Part shown: positions 10,287 through 23,416 of the stretch, piece after piece | Layout: each line of letters opens with the position of its first letter | How positions within the stretch are numbered: position 1 is the first letter of the stretch | Assembly: GCA_965215565.1 (NCBI GenBank) | Contig: CBDCDZ010000004.1 | Location: 2,688,001-2,752,000, forward strand | Length of the DNA stretch: 64,000 nt | Direction of reading: 5' to 3' | Source of the DNA: Trueperaceae bacterium | Lineage (GTDB): Bacteria; Deinococcota; Deinococci; Deinococcales; Trueperaceae | Made by a program: the position numbers and the translations under genes | The notes under the pieces: generated by a model | Seen by the model: the letters and a program-made list of their open reading frames with translations, nothing else | Told to the model about the DNA's origin: nothing | Databases searched by the model: none

Positions 10287-10385
10287 AAGAAAGAGAAAAG
10301 GGCTGAGGTGAAAGAGAAAAGTTTTTACTCTCTTTTCTCTTTCACCTTTCCTCTCAGTCCTCTCTTTCTCTACCTCACCTTCACG
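10286..10385. repeat. Purine-rich / pyrimidine-rich inverted short-repeat tract
   Basis: AAAGAGAAAAGG..GAGGTGAAAGAGAAAAG...CTTTTCTCTTTCACCTT..CTCTTTCTC. Confidence 0.6.
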
Positions 10386-10413
10386 CAACTCACTTCTATG
10401 TTATCTTCTCCCT

Positions 10414-10833
10414 ATGTCAATTGAACGCACCTACGCAATGGTTAAACCGGACGGTGTCAAGCGCGGTCTGGTCGGGGAAGTGGTGAAGCGGCTCGAGCAA
10501 AAAGGCTTCACCGTCGTCGGCATGAAACTGATGCAAATCAGTCAAGAAACTGCTGAGACGCACTACGGTGAGCACGAAGGCAAACCTTTTTTTGAGGACT
10601 TAGTCTCGTTCATCACGAGCGGTCCTGTTGTAGCGATGGTCGTTGAGGGCGAAAACGCCATCAGCGAGTGGCGCAAAATGATGGGCGCGACGAATCCCAA
10701 AGACGCCGAACTCGGCACGATTCGCGGTGACTACGCGACGACGATTGACGAGAACGTCGTGCACGGCTCGGACGCGCCTGCAACGGCGGAGCGCGAAATT
10801 GGTATCTTTTTTGAAGAGGATGAATTGCTTTAA
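10414..10833 (+). CDS. ndk: Nucleoside diphosphate kinase
   Basis: MVKPDGV, GTIRGD, NVVHGSD; TG-n-TATCTT 6 nt before ATG. Confidence 0.98.
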   Translation: MSIERTYAMVKPDGVKRGLVGEVVKRLEQKGFTVVGMKLMQISQETAETHYGEHEGKPFFEDLVSFITSGPVVAMVVEGENAISEWRKMMGATNPKDAELGTIRGDYATTIDENVVHGSDAPATAEREIGIFFEEDELL

Positions 10834-11012
10834 TTGCGAGCCCTTAACTTTTAGCTAAATACCAATAGCTAAGGGCTAGTTGCTTTTTTAGAGCCTTCCC
10901 GCACGTCTTTTGGTTCCTCACTTGGCCCCTGAGAGGTTGGGTGAGGTTCCTTTTTTTGTCACCTGAATTGTGTAGGATAAAACCCATACGGTGTACACGA
11001 AAGAGGTGGATT

Positions 11013-12176
11013 ATGCCCGGACTATCTGACCGAATCCAAAAACTCAAAGCGTCCTCGACGGTTGCCTTTAACACCAAAGCTAAAGAGATGAAGCGCCAAG
11101 GTACGGACGTCATCGCGATGACGGCGGGCGAGCCAGACTTTCAGCCACCCGAACACGTCTTCGCGGCAGCGCACGAGGCACTCGACAAGGGGCTCACGAA
11201 GTACACCCCCGCTGAGGGCATGGCAGAACTGCGCGAGGCGGTTTGTGCCAAGTTCGAGCGGGAGAACGACCTCTCGTACGCACCGGACCAAATCCTCGTG
11301 AGCACGGGCGGCAAGCAGGTTCTCTACAACGCATTCATGGCGATTTTGAACCCCGGCGATGAGGTCATCGTGCCTGCGCCCTATTGGGTTTCGTACCCTG
11401 CACAAGTTCAGCTCGCGGGTGGCGTCACCGTGCCTGTCATGACATGCCCGGAAGACGGCTTTGTCCCGAGTGTGGACGCGGTGCGCGAGGCGATTACCGA
11501 TAAAACGAAGGTCATCCTCATCAATTCGCCCTCGAACCCGACGGGCGCGGTCTATCCGCCGGAAGTCGTCAAAGGAATTGTCGAGTTGGCGGCTGAGCGT
11601 GACATCTGGGTTTTCGCTGACGACTTGTACGAGCACCTCGTCTACGAGGGTGAATTCACCTCTTGCGCCAAACTCGCTCAGGACAAGACGCTCGTCATTC
11701 ACGGCGCGAGCAAATCGTATGCGCTAACTGGCTGGCGCATCGGTTACGGGGCTGGTCCCAAAGACCTCATCAAAGCGATGAACCGCCTGCAGGGTCAGGT
11801 GACGAGCGGCGCGAACGCGGTGGCGCAGTATGCGGTAATTGCGGCGCTCAACGAGGTGGAGAAGACCAGGGAATTCATCGACATGACTAAAGAGGCGTAC
11901 ATGGAGCGGCGCGACGTGCTGGTTGAAGGGCTCAACAGCTTAGGGCTCAAAACGCCTAAGCCCAGAGGTGCCTTTTACGTGATGGCGGACCTCACGCCCA
12001 TTCACGAGGACGAGACCGAGGCGGCGATGACACTGCTCGAGCAAGCCCACGTCGGCGTCGTGCCAGGGACGGACTTCTTAGCGCCCGGACAGGCGCGGTT
12101 TTCGTATGCGACGAGTTTGGAGAATATCGAGCGGGCGTTGGAGCGGATTGAGAAGTTGCTGCGGGTGCAGGCTTAA
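11013..12176 (+). CDS. aspC: PLP-dependent class I/II aminotransferase (aspartate aminotransferase-like)
   Basis: GEPDF, NSPSNPTG, SKSYALTGWRIGY; start ATG 11013 after GAGG. Confidence 0.85.
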   Translation: MPGLSDRIQKLKASSTVAFNTKAKEMKRQGTDVIAMTAGEPDFQPPEHVFAAAHEALDKGLTKYTPAEGMAELREAVCAKFERENDLSYAPDQILVSTGGKQVLYNAFMAILNPGDEVIVPAPYWVSYPAQVQLAGGVTVPVMTCPEDGFVPSVDAVREAITDKTKVILINSPSNPTGAVYPPEVVKGIVELAAERDIWVFADDLYEHLVYEGEFTSCAKLAQDKTLVIHGASKSYALTGWRIGYGAGPKDLIKAMNRLQGQVTSGANAVAQYAVIAALNEVEKTREFIDMTKEAYMERRDVLVEGLNSLGLKTPKPRGAFYVMADLTPIHEDETEAAMTLLEQAHVGVVPGTDFLAPGQARFSYATSLENIERALERIEKLLRVQA

Positions 12177-12206
12177 ACAACCTTCCCTGAAAAGTCTTAC
12201 TCTGAA

Positions 12207-12250
12207 ATGCTTATGCTTGACACAAGCATAATAATGCTTTACATTAGCAT
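12207..12250 (+). promoter_or_regulatory. higBA sigma70 promoter with palindromic operator
   Basis: TTGACA 12217-12222, 17 nt, TACATT 12240-12245; perfect IR TTATGCTTG-ACA-CAAGCATAA over -35 and ATGCT-N7-AGCAT over -10. Confidence 0.8.
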
Positions 12251-12252
12251 CA

Positions 12253-12534
12253 GTGATTAAGTCGTTTGCTGACAAGGAGACTCGCAAGGTCTTCGTGGGT
12301 CAGCACTCGAGACGCATCCCTGTAGAGATTCAAGGAACGGCAAAGCGAAAGCTCAACATTCTCGATGCTGCGCCGAGTTTAGAAACCCTCCGCGTACCTC
12401 CTAGCAATCATCTCGAGAAGTTGAGCCGTGATCGCAAAGGTCAGTGGAGCATCCGTATCAATCAGCAGTGGCGCATCTGCTTCGCGTGGCAAGAGGGTGA
12501 CGCATATGGAGTTGAGATCGCTGACTATCATTAA
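12253..12534 (+). CDS. higB: HigB (RelE/ParE-family) toxin
   Basis: MIKSFADKET...PPSNHLEKL..SIRINQQWRICF..DYH. Confidence 0.93.
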   Translation: MIKSFADKETRKVFVGQHSRRIPVEIQGTAKRKLNILDAAPSLETLRVPPSNHLEKLSRDRKGQWSIRINQQWRICFAWQEGDAYGVEIADYH

Positions 12535-12546
12535 AGGAGCCTGACA

Positions 12547-12852
12547 ATGGAGCGAGATATTCCCCCTATTCATCCTGGTGAGGTACTTAAAGAGGATTTT
12601 TTAGACCCTTTGGGAATCACTCAATATCAACTCGCCAAAGCGACCAACATGCCCCAAGACCGCGTGAGTCACATTGTCAGAGGCAACCGCGCAATTACGG
12701 CGGACACGGCGTTACGTTTAGGACGCTTTTTCGGCGTTGAGCCGCAGTTCTGGCTCAATTTGCAAAGTCGTTACGATTTGGAAACGGCGGAGGATGTGTT
12801 GGCAGGAGATCTCGAGCAAGAGGTCACGCCCTTCGAAAATCTACCGAGATGA
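12547..12852 (+). CDS. higA: HigA antitoxin (HTH)
   Basis: PIHPGEVLKEDFL, ITADTALRLGRFFG, FWLNLQ; toxin-first order. Confidence 0.93.
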   Translation: MERDIPPIHPGEVLKEDFLDPLGITQYQLAKATNMPQDRVSHIVRGNRAITADTALRLGRFFGVEPQFWLNLQSRYDLETAEDVLAGDLEQEVTPFENLPR

Positions 12853-13469
12853 TTGACTCCGCCACCTTCGGCATCTTTTTCGCCGCCGCTTTCACCCTCG
12901 CCGTCATCCCAGGACCGGGAATGCTCTACGTCTTAGCGAGGACGGTACGGGGCGGCAGACGTGAAGGGATTCTCTCGACGCTCGGCACAGGTGTCGCGGG
13001 GCTTCTCCACACACTTGCGGCGGCATTGGGCATCTCGGCGATTTTAGCGACATCGGCGGTGGCGTTTGCCGTTATCAAGTGGCTGGGCGCAGCGTACCTC
13101 ATCTATCTTGGGGTGAGGATGATGCTCGAGAAACCCTCCGAAGCCGACATTCAGGTCAACACTGATTCAACCTCTTCGAAAGGTGCATGCGCCCAAGGCA
13201 TCTTAACCGAAGTCCTCAACCCAAAGACGGCGCTCTTCTTCCTCGCGTTTATTCCGCAGTTCATCAACCCGGCGGGGCACGTGTTCTTGCAGTTCGTGAC
13301 GCTCGGGTTTATCACCACGCTGCTGACGAGCGGGGCGGACCTCATCGTGGCGCTTGCGGCGGGGTCCTTGAGCGGTTTGCTCAGAAATCCGCGTGGGCGG
13401 AAGGTGCAGCGTGTGGCGTCGGGGGGCGCGCTGATTGGGCTTGGGGTGTATGTGGCGGTGGAGCGGTAG
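12849..13469 (+). CDS. LysE/RhtB family exporter
   Basis: PGPG, KWLGAAYLIYLG, LNPKTALFFLAFIPQF. Confidence 0.92.
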   Translation: MIDSATFGIFFAAAFTLAVIPGPGMLYVLARTVRGGRREGILSTLGTGVAGLLHTLAAALGISAILATSAVAFAVIKWLGAAYLIYLGVRMMLEKPSEADIQVNTDSTSSKGACAQGILTEVLNPKTALFFLAFIPQFINPAGHVFLQFVTLGFITTLLTSGADLIVALAAGSLSGLLRNPRGRKVQRVASGGALIGLGVYVAVER

Positions 13470-13657
13470 CGTGTAGCAGGCGAAACACTTACGTTTTGGG
13501 TGAAGAAACACATCAGTCCGTCTTCTTCTATCATCCCTCGGTGAAGCGTGTGAAAACTTTGGAAGAGGTTGTTCGAGATCTGTAGAGGGTTTGGCTTACG
13601 CAAATTCTGCCACGCCTCCAGGTATTGCTCTGAAAAATGAGGTATATAAGAGGTTAA

Positions 13658-16501
<2,844 letters not shown>

Positions 16502-16506
16502 AGCGG

Positions 16507-16605
16507 CGTAGGGGCAGTTCATGAAATTGCCCCTACGAAACAGCGCTGCCAGACGGTACAGGGAACGCAGTGACGTGTAAGGGCGGGTTTCAAACCCGCC
16601 CTTAT
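16507..16605. repeat. Two REP-like palindromes between convergent pyk and mfd
   Basis: CGTAGGGGCAGTTCATGAAATTGCCCCTACG (16507-16537) and GTAAGGGCGGGTTTCAAACCCGCCCTTAT (16577-16605). Confidence 0.8.
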
Positions 16606-16639
16606 GGTGGCGTAGAGAAACGTGCGTCCGCGCTAATGA

Positions 16640-19600
16640 TCAACCGCACAAATAGAGCACGTCGCTGATAGCCTCGAGTCCCTTACCCTTTAATCCCCGC
16701 TTCTTAATACTAAACCCCGGCGGATAGCGTGTCGGCTCCACGGTGTAAGGCAAACTTTTGAGCGCCTTTGCGTCGTAGTCGATGCTCTCTTGCTCAAAGG
16801 AGAGCTGCACGTCCGTCATGTGCTCGGTGATGGTGGCGACGCCTTTTTGTGATGCTAAGAGGCGCACCTTGACGATGTCGGTGAAGGTCTTGACCTCTTC
16901 GGGCATCGGTCCGTAACGCTCTCTCATCTCGCGCTGAATGCGTCCGATTTCCGCCAGGCTGTCCGTCTCAGATAAGCGCCCGTAGAAGCCGATGCGCGCG
17001 TCGTCGTCCACGATGTACGAGGGGCTGAGCCGCGCGTCCAAACTGAGGTCGATGGAGACGGGTTTACGCGCCTCGGTCTGTTCGCCTTTGAGCTTCGCGA
17101 TCTCTTCGGCGAGCATCTCCGTGTAGACCTCTAACGAGACCGCGCTGATGTGCCCGTGCTGCTCCGGTCCTAAGAGGTTGCCGATGCCGCGAATCTCCAT
17201 ATCTTTTTCTGCTAAGAGGTGCCCTGAGCCCAAGTCGTTAAGTTCCGCCATCGCGTAGAGCCTGCGCTGGGCTTGCTCGGTTAAGCGTCCGGGGTAGAGG
17301 AGGTACGCCCACGCCTCCGTGCTGCGGCGTCCGACGCGGCCGCGAAGCTGATAGAGCTGCGCCAAGCCGAGGCGGTCCGCGCGTTCGATGATGAGGGTAT
17401 TCGCGCCTGCGATGTCCAGGCCGGACTCGACGATGGTGGTGCTCAAGAGAACGTCGAACGCGCCCTCTTCGAAGCGGAGCATGATCTCTTCTAACTCGTC
17501 GCCGCCCATGCGCCCGTGCGCCACGCCGATGCGGGCTTCGGGGACGAGGCTCTGCAAATACATGGCGCGGGAGCCCATCGAGCCGATGCGGTCGTGGATA
17601 TAGAAGACTTTGCCGCCGCGCTCGAGTTCAAACATCAGCGCGTCCCGTACGACTTGTCGGTCGTAGGGTTGCAAAACAGTCTGAATCGGTTTGCGTCCGG
17701 CGGGCGGCGTCATGATCTGCGACACGTCGCGCAAGCCGACTAAACTCATGTAGAGTGTCCTGGGAATTGGCGTCGCGGAGAGCGACAAGATGTCCAAGTT
17801 CGCCTTGAACGCTTTCATCTTCTCCTTCTGACTCACCCCGAAGCGGTGCTCCTCGTCGATAATGAGGAGCCCGACGTTTTTGAACTTCACGTTGTCGGAC
17901 AAGAGGCGGTGCGTGCCGACGACGATGTCCACCGTGCCCTCTTTGAGCCCTTTGAGGATGGCGCGCGCTTCTTTGTCAGAAGAGAATCTGGATAACCCCT
18001 CCACCGTTACGGGCAGCCCCTCAAAGCGCTCCCTGAAGGTCTCGTAATGCTGCTGCGCCAGCACGGTTGTCGGCACGAGCATCACCACCTGCGCGCCGTT
18101 GCCTACCGCCCGGTGCGCGGCGTGAATCGCCACCTCCGTCTTGCCGAAGCCCACGTCGCCCGAGACGAGCCGGTCCATCGGCGTCTCTTTCGCCATGTCA
18201 CGGAGTGTCAGACTGACGGCTTTGCGCTGATCATTCGTGAGGGTGAAGGGGCAATTCTCTTCGATGAGGGGGTCCCAGTCGGGAACTTCACCGAGAGAAA
18301 CGCCCTTCGAGACCTGCCGCTCGGCGTAGGTGCGGATGAGCTTCTGCGCCAAGACTTGCGCGTTGACCCGCGCCTTCTCGCGTGCCCGCGCCCACTCGTT
18401 CGTGCCGAGGGTCGAGAGCCGGGGCGGGTCGTCCGTCGTGCCGGGGTGACGGCGCAGCATCGGCAGTTGCTCCACGGGCAAATAGAGCTTGCCCTCGCCC
18501 GCGTAGCGCAAGATGAGGTAGTCACGGGTGACGCCCACCACCTGACGCGGCTCTAAGCCCATGAAGCGTCCGATGCCGTGGTCAGGGTGGATGAGGTAGT
18601 CGCCTACGGCAAGTTGCACCGCGTCGTGAACTTTGCGTCCAGGAAGTTTGCTGTGTTTGCGCGTCCCTTGGTAGCCGTACAAGAGGTCTTCGGTGAGGAT
18701 GACCTCTTTGGCGTGCGGGTCGCGGTAGCCGCCCTTCGAAGCTGCGTCAATATCCGAACCGACTGCGAGCCCGAGCACGCCGGGGTGTTTCTCGACGCGC
18801 TGGGTCCACCTAGATTCTAGTTGTGATTGGGTCCCCCCCAACACCTTCTCCCGCAGATAGCGTCCGGTCCGCTCGAACTTGAGTAGAAGCGTGACGCTGT
18901 AACCGCCTTTAAGCCAACCTTCCACGTCACTAGCGAAGTCCGAGAGCTTACCCCGGTAGTAGCCCAAAGGCTCTAAGTCGCTCTTTTCGTCCGGTATCTC
19001 TAAGGGGTCACGCCCGAAGGAGATGACCTCTCGAGTTTCTAAATACCGCCAGAATTCTTCCATCCGCTGCGCGTCGTCAAGCTCACCTGCAAAAAGCTCC
19101 GACGAATCGAGATAGACCGTGCCGGGAAGCTGTTCTAAGAGGTTGGAGGACCACGCGGTCTCATCTATCTCCGCATTTTCCAGCGGTGCTAAGACGTGGC
19201 GCTCTACCGCCTCGCCCGAAAGCTGCACCGTGTCGAGTTCGTCGCCAAAGAACTCGAGCCTAAGCACCCTTTCCTCGTCCTCTTCGTCTAAATAAACCGA
19301 GAGCGTGTCGCCGCGCACGACGACGCCGGGCATCCCGTCGCGCTCATAGCCGAATGAGACGAGCTGCTCTAAGAGGTCGTCGCGGGGGTAGTCTTTGCCG
19401 ACTTCCAAAGTGAGGGCGTACTGCTCAGGGTTTTTAGGAAAAGGACGGAGCGCCGTCTCTAAATCTAGAATGACCTTCTTGCGCTTGTCCTGCCAATCGG
19501 TCAGGTCAGGATTCGTGCTACTTAGCGCTCCGAAAAGACCTGTGTCGCGAAAGAGCGGCACCCTTTCCGCTGTGGTCACAAGGACTGCTGGTCCCTCGGT

Positions 19601-19720
19601 GCGGGCGAAGAGGGCGAGTCGCGCGGCGGCGGGCAGACCTAGCAGTCGTTTGGATTGGGTTTCTTGTGCAGTTTGTAGCAAGGCAACAACCGTTTCGTGG
19701 ATAGGCTTGTGAAGCGCCAA
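16640..19720 (-). CDS. mfd: Transcription-repair coupling factor Mfd (start approximate)
   Basis: [43 protein letters not shown]; the ORF-track start overlaps rsmI, TTG 19720 is plausible. Confidence 0.93.
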   Translation of the reverse strand: MALHKPIHETVVALLQTAQETQSKRLLGLPAAARLALFARTEGPAVLVTTAERVPLFRDTGLFGALSSTNPDLTDWQDKRKKVILDLETALRPFPKNPEQYALTLEVGKDYPRDDLLEQLVSFGYERDGMPGVVVRGDTLSVYLDEEDEERVLRLEFFGDELDTVQLSGEAVERHVLAPLENAEIDETAWSSNLLEQLPGTVYLDSSELFAGELDDAQRMEEFWRYLETREVISFGRDPLEIPDEKSDLEPLGYYRGKLSDFASDVEGWLKGGYSVTLLLKFERTGRYLREKVLGGTQSQLESRWTQRVEKHPGVLGLAVGSDIDAASKGGYRDPHAKEVILTEDLLYGYQGTRKHSKLPGRKVHDAVQLAVGDYLIHPDHGIGRFMGLEPRQVVGVTRDYLILRYAGEGKLYLPVEQLPMLRRHPGTTDDPPRLSTLGTNEWARAREKARVNAQVLAQKLIRTYAERQVSKGVSLGEVPDWDPLIEENCPFTLTNDQRKAVSLTLRDMAKETPMDRLVSGDVGFGKTEVAIHAAHRAVGNGAQVVMLVPTTVLAQQHYETFRERFEGLPVTVEGLSRFSSDKEARAILKGLKEGTVDIVVGTHRLLSDNVKFKNVGLLIIDEEHRFGVSQKEKMKAFKANLDILSLSATPIPRTLYMSLVGLRDVSQIMTPPAGRKPIQTVLQPYDRQVVRDALMFELERGGKVFYIHDRIGSMGSRAMYLQSLVPEARIGVAHGRMGGDELEEIMLRFEEGAFDVLLSTTIVESGLDIAGANTLIIERADRLGLAQLYQLRGRVGRRSTEAWAYLLYPGRLTEQAQRRLYAMAELNDLGSGHLLAEKDMEIRGIGNLLGPEQHGHISAVSLEVYTEMLAEEIAKLKGEQTEARKPVSIDLSLDARLSPSYIVDDDARIGFYGRLSETDSLAEIGRIQREMRERYGPMPEEVKTFTDIVKVRLLASQKGVATITEHMTDVQLSFEQESIDYDAKALKSLPYTVEPTRYPPGFSIKKRGLKGKGLEAISDVLYLCG

Positions 19721-19778
19721 AAACAGTCTGCATCTTACCCTATTTAAGGGCTTTTTCTTGACCTCTTGCCTTACAGTT

Positions 19779-20585
19779 TCATTTCCCCTCGAGCGACAAC
19801 TCGTACGCCAGATTTCTGGGCGCACCAAAGGTCACTAAAGCTTTTCTGAGATCGCGTCCCGAGAGCCCACTAGCCGCAAGCTCTCTCGCCTTCCCCGCGA
19901 AGTCAACCTCTTGCGCGGGTTGCGGATTGGGCGACACCACCACGACAATTTCGCCGCGCACCTCGCCTTGTGAAAGCTGCGCGTACACCTCTTCCAACGT
20001 GCCCCTATAGGTAGTCTCGAAGCGTTTGGAGAGTTCGCGGCTGACGCTGATCTGCCTCGCGTCACCGCAGACCTCTTGCAGCTCTCCCAACGTTTTCACC
20101 AACCTCTTGGGTGATTCGTAAAAGGCGAGTGTCGCTTCACTCTTAGCAATTTGAGAAAGAGTCTCGCGCCGCGCCGAACCCTTACGCGGCAAAAAACCTA
20201 AAAAGGTAAAACTCCCCAGCGGCAAACCAGATAGCACGAGCGCGGGGATGAGGGCAGTGGGACCGGGTAAAACTTCCACCGTATCGCCGCGTTTAAGCGC
20301 GATTTGTAAGAGGTCTGCGCCAGGGTCGGAGAGTCCGGGCGTGCCCGCGTCGGTGATGAAGGCGACGCGCTCGTGCTCAGCCAGGACGCCCTCACCTCTC
20401 GCCGCAATTGTGTGCGCGTCTAGGCGCACGAGCGGCTTGTCTATCTCATAACGGCTCAGCAGCGTGCGGCTGTGGCGGGTGTCCTCGGCGGCGATGAGGT
20501 CAGCCTCGCGGAGCACCCGCAGCGCTCGCAAGGTGATGTCCTCCAAGTTGCCGATGGGCGTCGGGACGAGGACGAGGTGAGCCAC
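19779..20585 (-). CDS. rsmI: 16S rRNA (C1402-2'-O)-methyltransferase
   Basis: [39 protein letters not shown]. Confidence 0.96.
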   Translation of the reverse strand: MAHLVLVPTPIGNLEDITLRALRVLREADLIAAEDTRHSRTLLSRYEIDKPLVRLDAHTIAARGEGVLAEHERVAFITDAGTPGLSDPGADLLQIALKRGDTVEVLPGPTALIPALVLSGLPLGSFTFLGFLPRKGSARRETLSQIAKSEATLAFYESPKRLVKTLGELQEVCGDARQISVSRELSKRFETTYRGTLEEVYAQLSQGEVRGEIVVVVSPNPQPAQEVDFAGKARELAASGLSGRDLRKALVTFGAPRNLAYELSLEGK

Positions 20586-20600
20586 GCGGGAGAAGGTGAA

Positions 20601-20798
20601 TTAAGCGCCGACGAAGTCGGGCTGTGCGGTGCGCCCTCGGCTGCGGCGGCGGGCGTTGCGCTTTAAGGCGGCTCGCATCTTCGCCCGCAGCATCTCCACT
20701 TCGCCCACGGTTACGGTGACCTCCGCGCCTTCGGGCAACGCTACGCCCTCGGGCAAGATGATCACACCCTTTTGAACCAATCCTTTATAAGCTCGCAT
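20601..20798 (-). CDS. Small AF2212/AbrB-like beta protein, function unknown
   Basis: YKGLVQKGVIILPEGVALPEGAEVTV pattern; GAGGAG RBS. Confidence 0.6.
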   Translation of the reverse strand: MRAYKGLVQKGVIILPEGVALPEGAEVTVTVGEVEMLRAKMRAALKRNARRRSRGRTAQPDFVGA

Positions 20799-21216
20799 TC
20801 TGTTCCTCCTCAGCTAGCTCGAGCCGCAGCGCGGCGATGACCGTTTCGGTGGCTTCCGTATCCTGTCCTGCTCTTTCTAACACACGTCTGTACGCTTCGA
20901 AGACGCGCAGCGCTTCGCGGGGGCGTCCGACTTCGGTGAGCAAGTCACCTAAATGCTCGCCGTAAGAGAGAAAGGCGGCGGGGTCGCCCGCCCTAACGCG
21001 GCGCTTCGCTTGGATGGCGGTGATACGCTCCTCTAAAATCTGGCGGCGCTCCACGCGGCTACGCACCACGCCCCAGGCGACGAGGAATACAGCCGCCGCG
21101 ACGGTCGTTATTATACTAAACCCTCTAGGCACCCCTAGCTCCTCGGCCAAGTTCACCAGAAAGGGAAAGGTAAACGCGAGCGCCGCTAAGAGCGCGATGA
21201 GCGCGGCGTAGTTCAT
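20785..21216 (-). CDS. Hypothetical membrane protein with TPR-like C-terminus
   Basis: Two hydrophobic helices then LGDLLTEVGRPREALRVF. Confidence 0.7.
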   Translation of the reverse strand: MNYAALIALLAALAFTFPFLVNLAEELGVPRGFSIITTVAAAVFLVAWGVVRSRVERRQILEERITAIQAKRRVRAGDPAAFLSYGEHLGDLLTEVGRPREALRVFEAYRRVLERAGQDTEATETVIAALRLELAEEEQNASL

Positions 21217-21282
21217 CTAAAATCCAAAGGAGAAGGCGGGGGCCGCGTTGCCCTTCGTCCGGTTGATGAAGCCACTTGTCAC
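21217..21282 (-). CDS. Candidate 21-aa leaderless upstream ORF (MTSGFINRTKGNAAPAFSFGF)
   Basis: TAAGAT 5 nt before GTG; its TAG directly abuts the in-frame ATG at 21216. Confidence 0.35.
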   Translation of the reverse strand: MTSGFINRTKGNAAPAFSFGF

Positions 21283-21353
21283 ACCTCATCTTAGCGCGTT
21301 TTCGCCCTCTCTATAGCTTCGTTTTGTCAGGTACGTGCTAAAATAATCGGAAT

Positions 21354-22079
21354 GTGAAGTCGGCGCAGCCAATCCTACCCACCGTACCTAGTGCAAAGGG
21401 GCCTGGGGCAACCCCCGAGCCCACCAAAGTGCGCCGCGTAGCTATGAGTTACGAGGCGTACTTGCGCTATGAGGAAAGCGTCCGCAGCGAGTGGGTGGAC
21501 GGAGAGGTCATTGTCTACATGCCGCCAAAAGCCGAGCACCAACGCATTCTTGCTTTTCTCGAGCGTCTCCTCGCCCTCTTCGTCAATCTAAAAGGTTTAG
21601 GTGAGGTCAACATCGCGCCCTTCGAGGTCAAGCTGTGGGAGGAGGGTCCCTCGAGAGAGCCCGACATCTTCTTCGTCAGCCAAGCGTCCCGCTCCAAATT
21701 CAGCCCCGAGCGTTTCAGCGGCGCACCCGAACTGGTCGTAGAGATTATCTCACCCAGCAGCCTGCTCATCGACCGCGACGTGAAGTTCCGCGAATACGAG
21801 CACTCGGGCGTGAAGGAGTACTGGGTCATCGACTCGAGACCTGAGAAAGCGCGCGCCGACTTCTTCAAGCTGGATGATACGGATCGCTACGAACTCTTCG
21901 CCACCGAGACGGAGGAAACAGTAACGTCCGAGGTTGTAGAGGGCTTCTGGTTGCGCCCTGAATGGCTGTGGCAACCCGATTTGAACCCCCTAAAGGCACT
22001 CTCTGAAATTGTCGGTAAAGAGGCGCTCATAGAGGCGTTGCAAGGTGGCGCGGGCGAAGGCTCGAGCGAAACGTCCTGA
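21354..22079 (+). CDS. Uma2 family (PD-(D/E)XK) endonuclease
   Basis: EWVDG, REPDI, PELVVEIISPS, DRDVKFREY..GVKEYWVID. Confidence 0.92.
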   Translation: MKSAQPILPTVPSAKGPGATPEPTKVRRVAMSYEAYLRYEESVRSEWVDGEVIVYMPPKAEHQRILAFLERLLALFVNLKGLGEVNIAPFEVKLWEEGPSREPDIFFVSQASRSKFSPERFSGAPELVVEIISPSSLLIDRDVKFREYEHSGVKEYWVIDSRPEKARADFFKLDDTDRYELFATETEETVTSEVVEGFWLRPEWLWQPDLNPLKALSEIVGKEALIEALQGGAGEGSSETS

Positions 22080-22159
22080 CATCCAAACAATTACATTCAT
22101 CCACTAAAGTATTCGCGTGCAAAACCTCTTGTCAACCGTCTTCCTCTAAACCTCATCCG

Positions 22160-22179
22160 ATACCCTGGTGGGATATACT
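22160..22179 (+). promoter_or_regulatory. CsoR/RcnR-type operator overlapping a TATACT -10 box
   Basis: ATACCCTGGTGGGATAT pseudo-palindrome with C/G tracts upstream of a csoR-family gene. Confidence 0.55.
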
Positions 22180-22214
22180 GAGGGGAATTCTCGCGAACGA
22201 ATGGAGGGCGTCTC

Positions 22215-22499
22215 ATGGCGCAAGCTGAGTTGGAGAAAGACGTTTCAGCGGAGCAGAAGACGAAGATATTGAATAGGTTGAAGCGGCTCGAGGGGCAGGT
22301 GCGCGGCTTGCAGAAGATGGTGGACGACGAGCGAAGCTGCCAAGAGGTCCTGACGCTACTCGCGGGCGTGCGAAGCGCGTTAGACGCCACCGCTGACGTG
22401 ATTTTAGAGAACTATCTGGACAAGTGCCAAGCGGACTTTAAGGGTGGTGAGGGCGACGTGTCTGAACTGCTCCGCGCCGTCAAACTCGCGAGAGGTTAG
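22215..22499 (+). CDS. CsoR/RcnR/CstR family repressor
   Basis: RLKRLEGQVRGLQKMV..C.EVL...RSAL. Confidence 0.92.
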   Translation: MAQAELEKDVSAEQKTKILNRLKRLEGQVRGLQKMVDDERSCQEVLTLLAGVRSALDATADVILENYLDKCQADFKGGEGDVSELLRAVKLARG

Positions 22500-22540
22500 A
22501 TTTTCCTGCGCGTGCTTATTGACGGTGAAAATGTATGAAA

Positions 22541-22651
22541 TAGCAGTTCCAAGACACACTGAGACAAAGTGTCGCAGGTATCATCACCGAATGTGTGTGC
22601 TTCACGATGTTCTCAAAAGTGCGGATGTCTCAAACCAGATGGTACCTGCTA
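22541..22651 (+). mobile_element. 111-bp MITE-family copy (full length)
   Basis: TAGCAGTTCC...GCAGGTATCATC...CAAACCAGATGGTACCTGCTA. Confidence 0.85.
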
Positions 22652-22740
22652 AAAAATATATCGTGGAGCTTTCGAGCATGAGTTGTTGGCATTCGGCGAA
22701 ACTCTTGAGCTAAGTACTTCGTCTTCGATAATCTGAACTA

Positions 22741-22851
22741 TAGCGGTTATCAGAAGTACTGAGCTTGAATCACGCAGACATCATCACCGAAAGTGCGTGC
22801 TAGTTGTTGTTCTATCATGTGAGATTGGCTCAAACCAGATGATATCTGCTA
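22741..22851 (+). mobile_element. 111-bp MITE-family copy (full length, TA-flanked)
   Basis: TA|TAGCGGTTATC...CAAACCAGATGATATCTGCTA|TA. Confidence 0.88.
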
Positions 22852-22990
22852 TATCTCGAGGAAGTTCTTGCGCTCAGAACGAGCTTCGTTGGCATTTGCT
22901 AATTTAGGTTATTTCGGCGCACCTATGTAACGGCCAAAAGCTTTCCACGAACAACTGCGTTCAAACTGGTACGACTCTGCAAGACGTAAG

Positions 22991-23221
22991 CTAAACAAAT
23001 GTCCGGTAAAAGGCAGCCTTGTAGGGCTCCTTCATTCGCTCGTACGCCGTCACTAGCTTCGCCGCAAAAAAGCGCACCGCCCGCTCGTCTTGCGCCTCGC
23101 GCGCCTCCTCGAAACAGTACAAACAGTGTTGCACAACGAGGTGCCACTGTGCGCCCTCTTCGGCGAGCACCGCGCGTAAATAGGCCTGTCGCACGTCGAT
23201 TATTGGAGAACGTAAACTCAT
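22991..23221 (-). CDS. Hypothetical protein
   Basis: Helical-looking ORF with host-like composition; no recognisable motif. Confidence 0.5.
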   Translation of the reverse strand: MSLRSPIIDVRQAYLRAVLAEEGAQWHLVVQHCLYCFEEAREAQDERAVRFFAAKLVTAYERMKEPYKAAFYRTFV

Positions 23222-23416
23222 CGCATAACCCTTTGGAGACGGTAGCACGGCGTACACTTTTCAAAGGGGACATATCTCACCAAGAGCTGATACTAGCGTC
23301 TTTTCTCTCTTTTGCCAAGAGGTGCAAAGTGTGGGGTATGGTAGTGCACGGATACTGGCAACGGATAATGAGCAGTGAAAAGCTTATGCTCAGTGCGTTA
23401 GTTTGAGGAGGCAGCG

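Noticed and set aside
10900..10960. Riboswitch or T-box upstream of the aminotransferase
   Set aside because: Only a hairpin plus U-tract consistent with an ndk terminator; I recognise no aptamer consensus.
19720..19828. Long N-terminal extensions in the ORF track (mfd, trpF, nuoK, aspC, rhodanese, rplU, rplS, DUF59)
   Set aside because: They overlap neighbours or repeats; downstream starts have an SD or a -10 box and match family N-termini.
22541..22851. Paired 111-bp repeats as integron attC sites or CRISPR repeats
   Set aside because: No consistent RYYYAAC/GTTRRRY ends, no one-per-cassette arrangement, both orientations occur, and no integrase is present.
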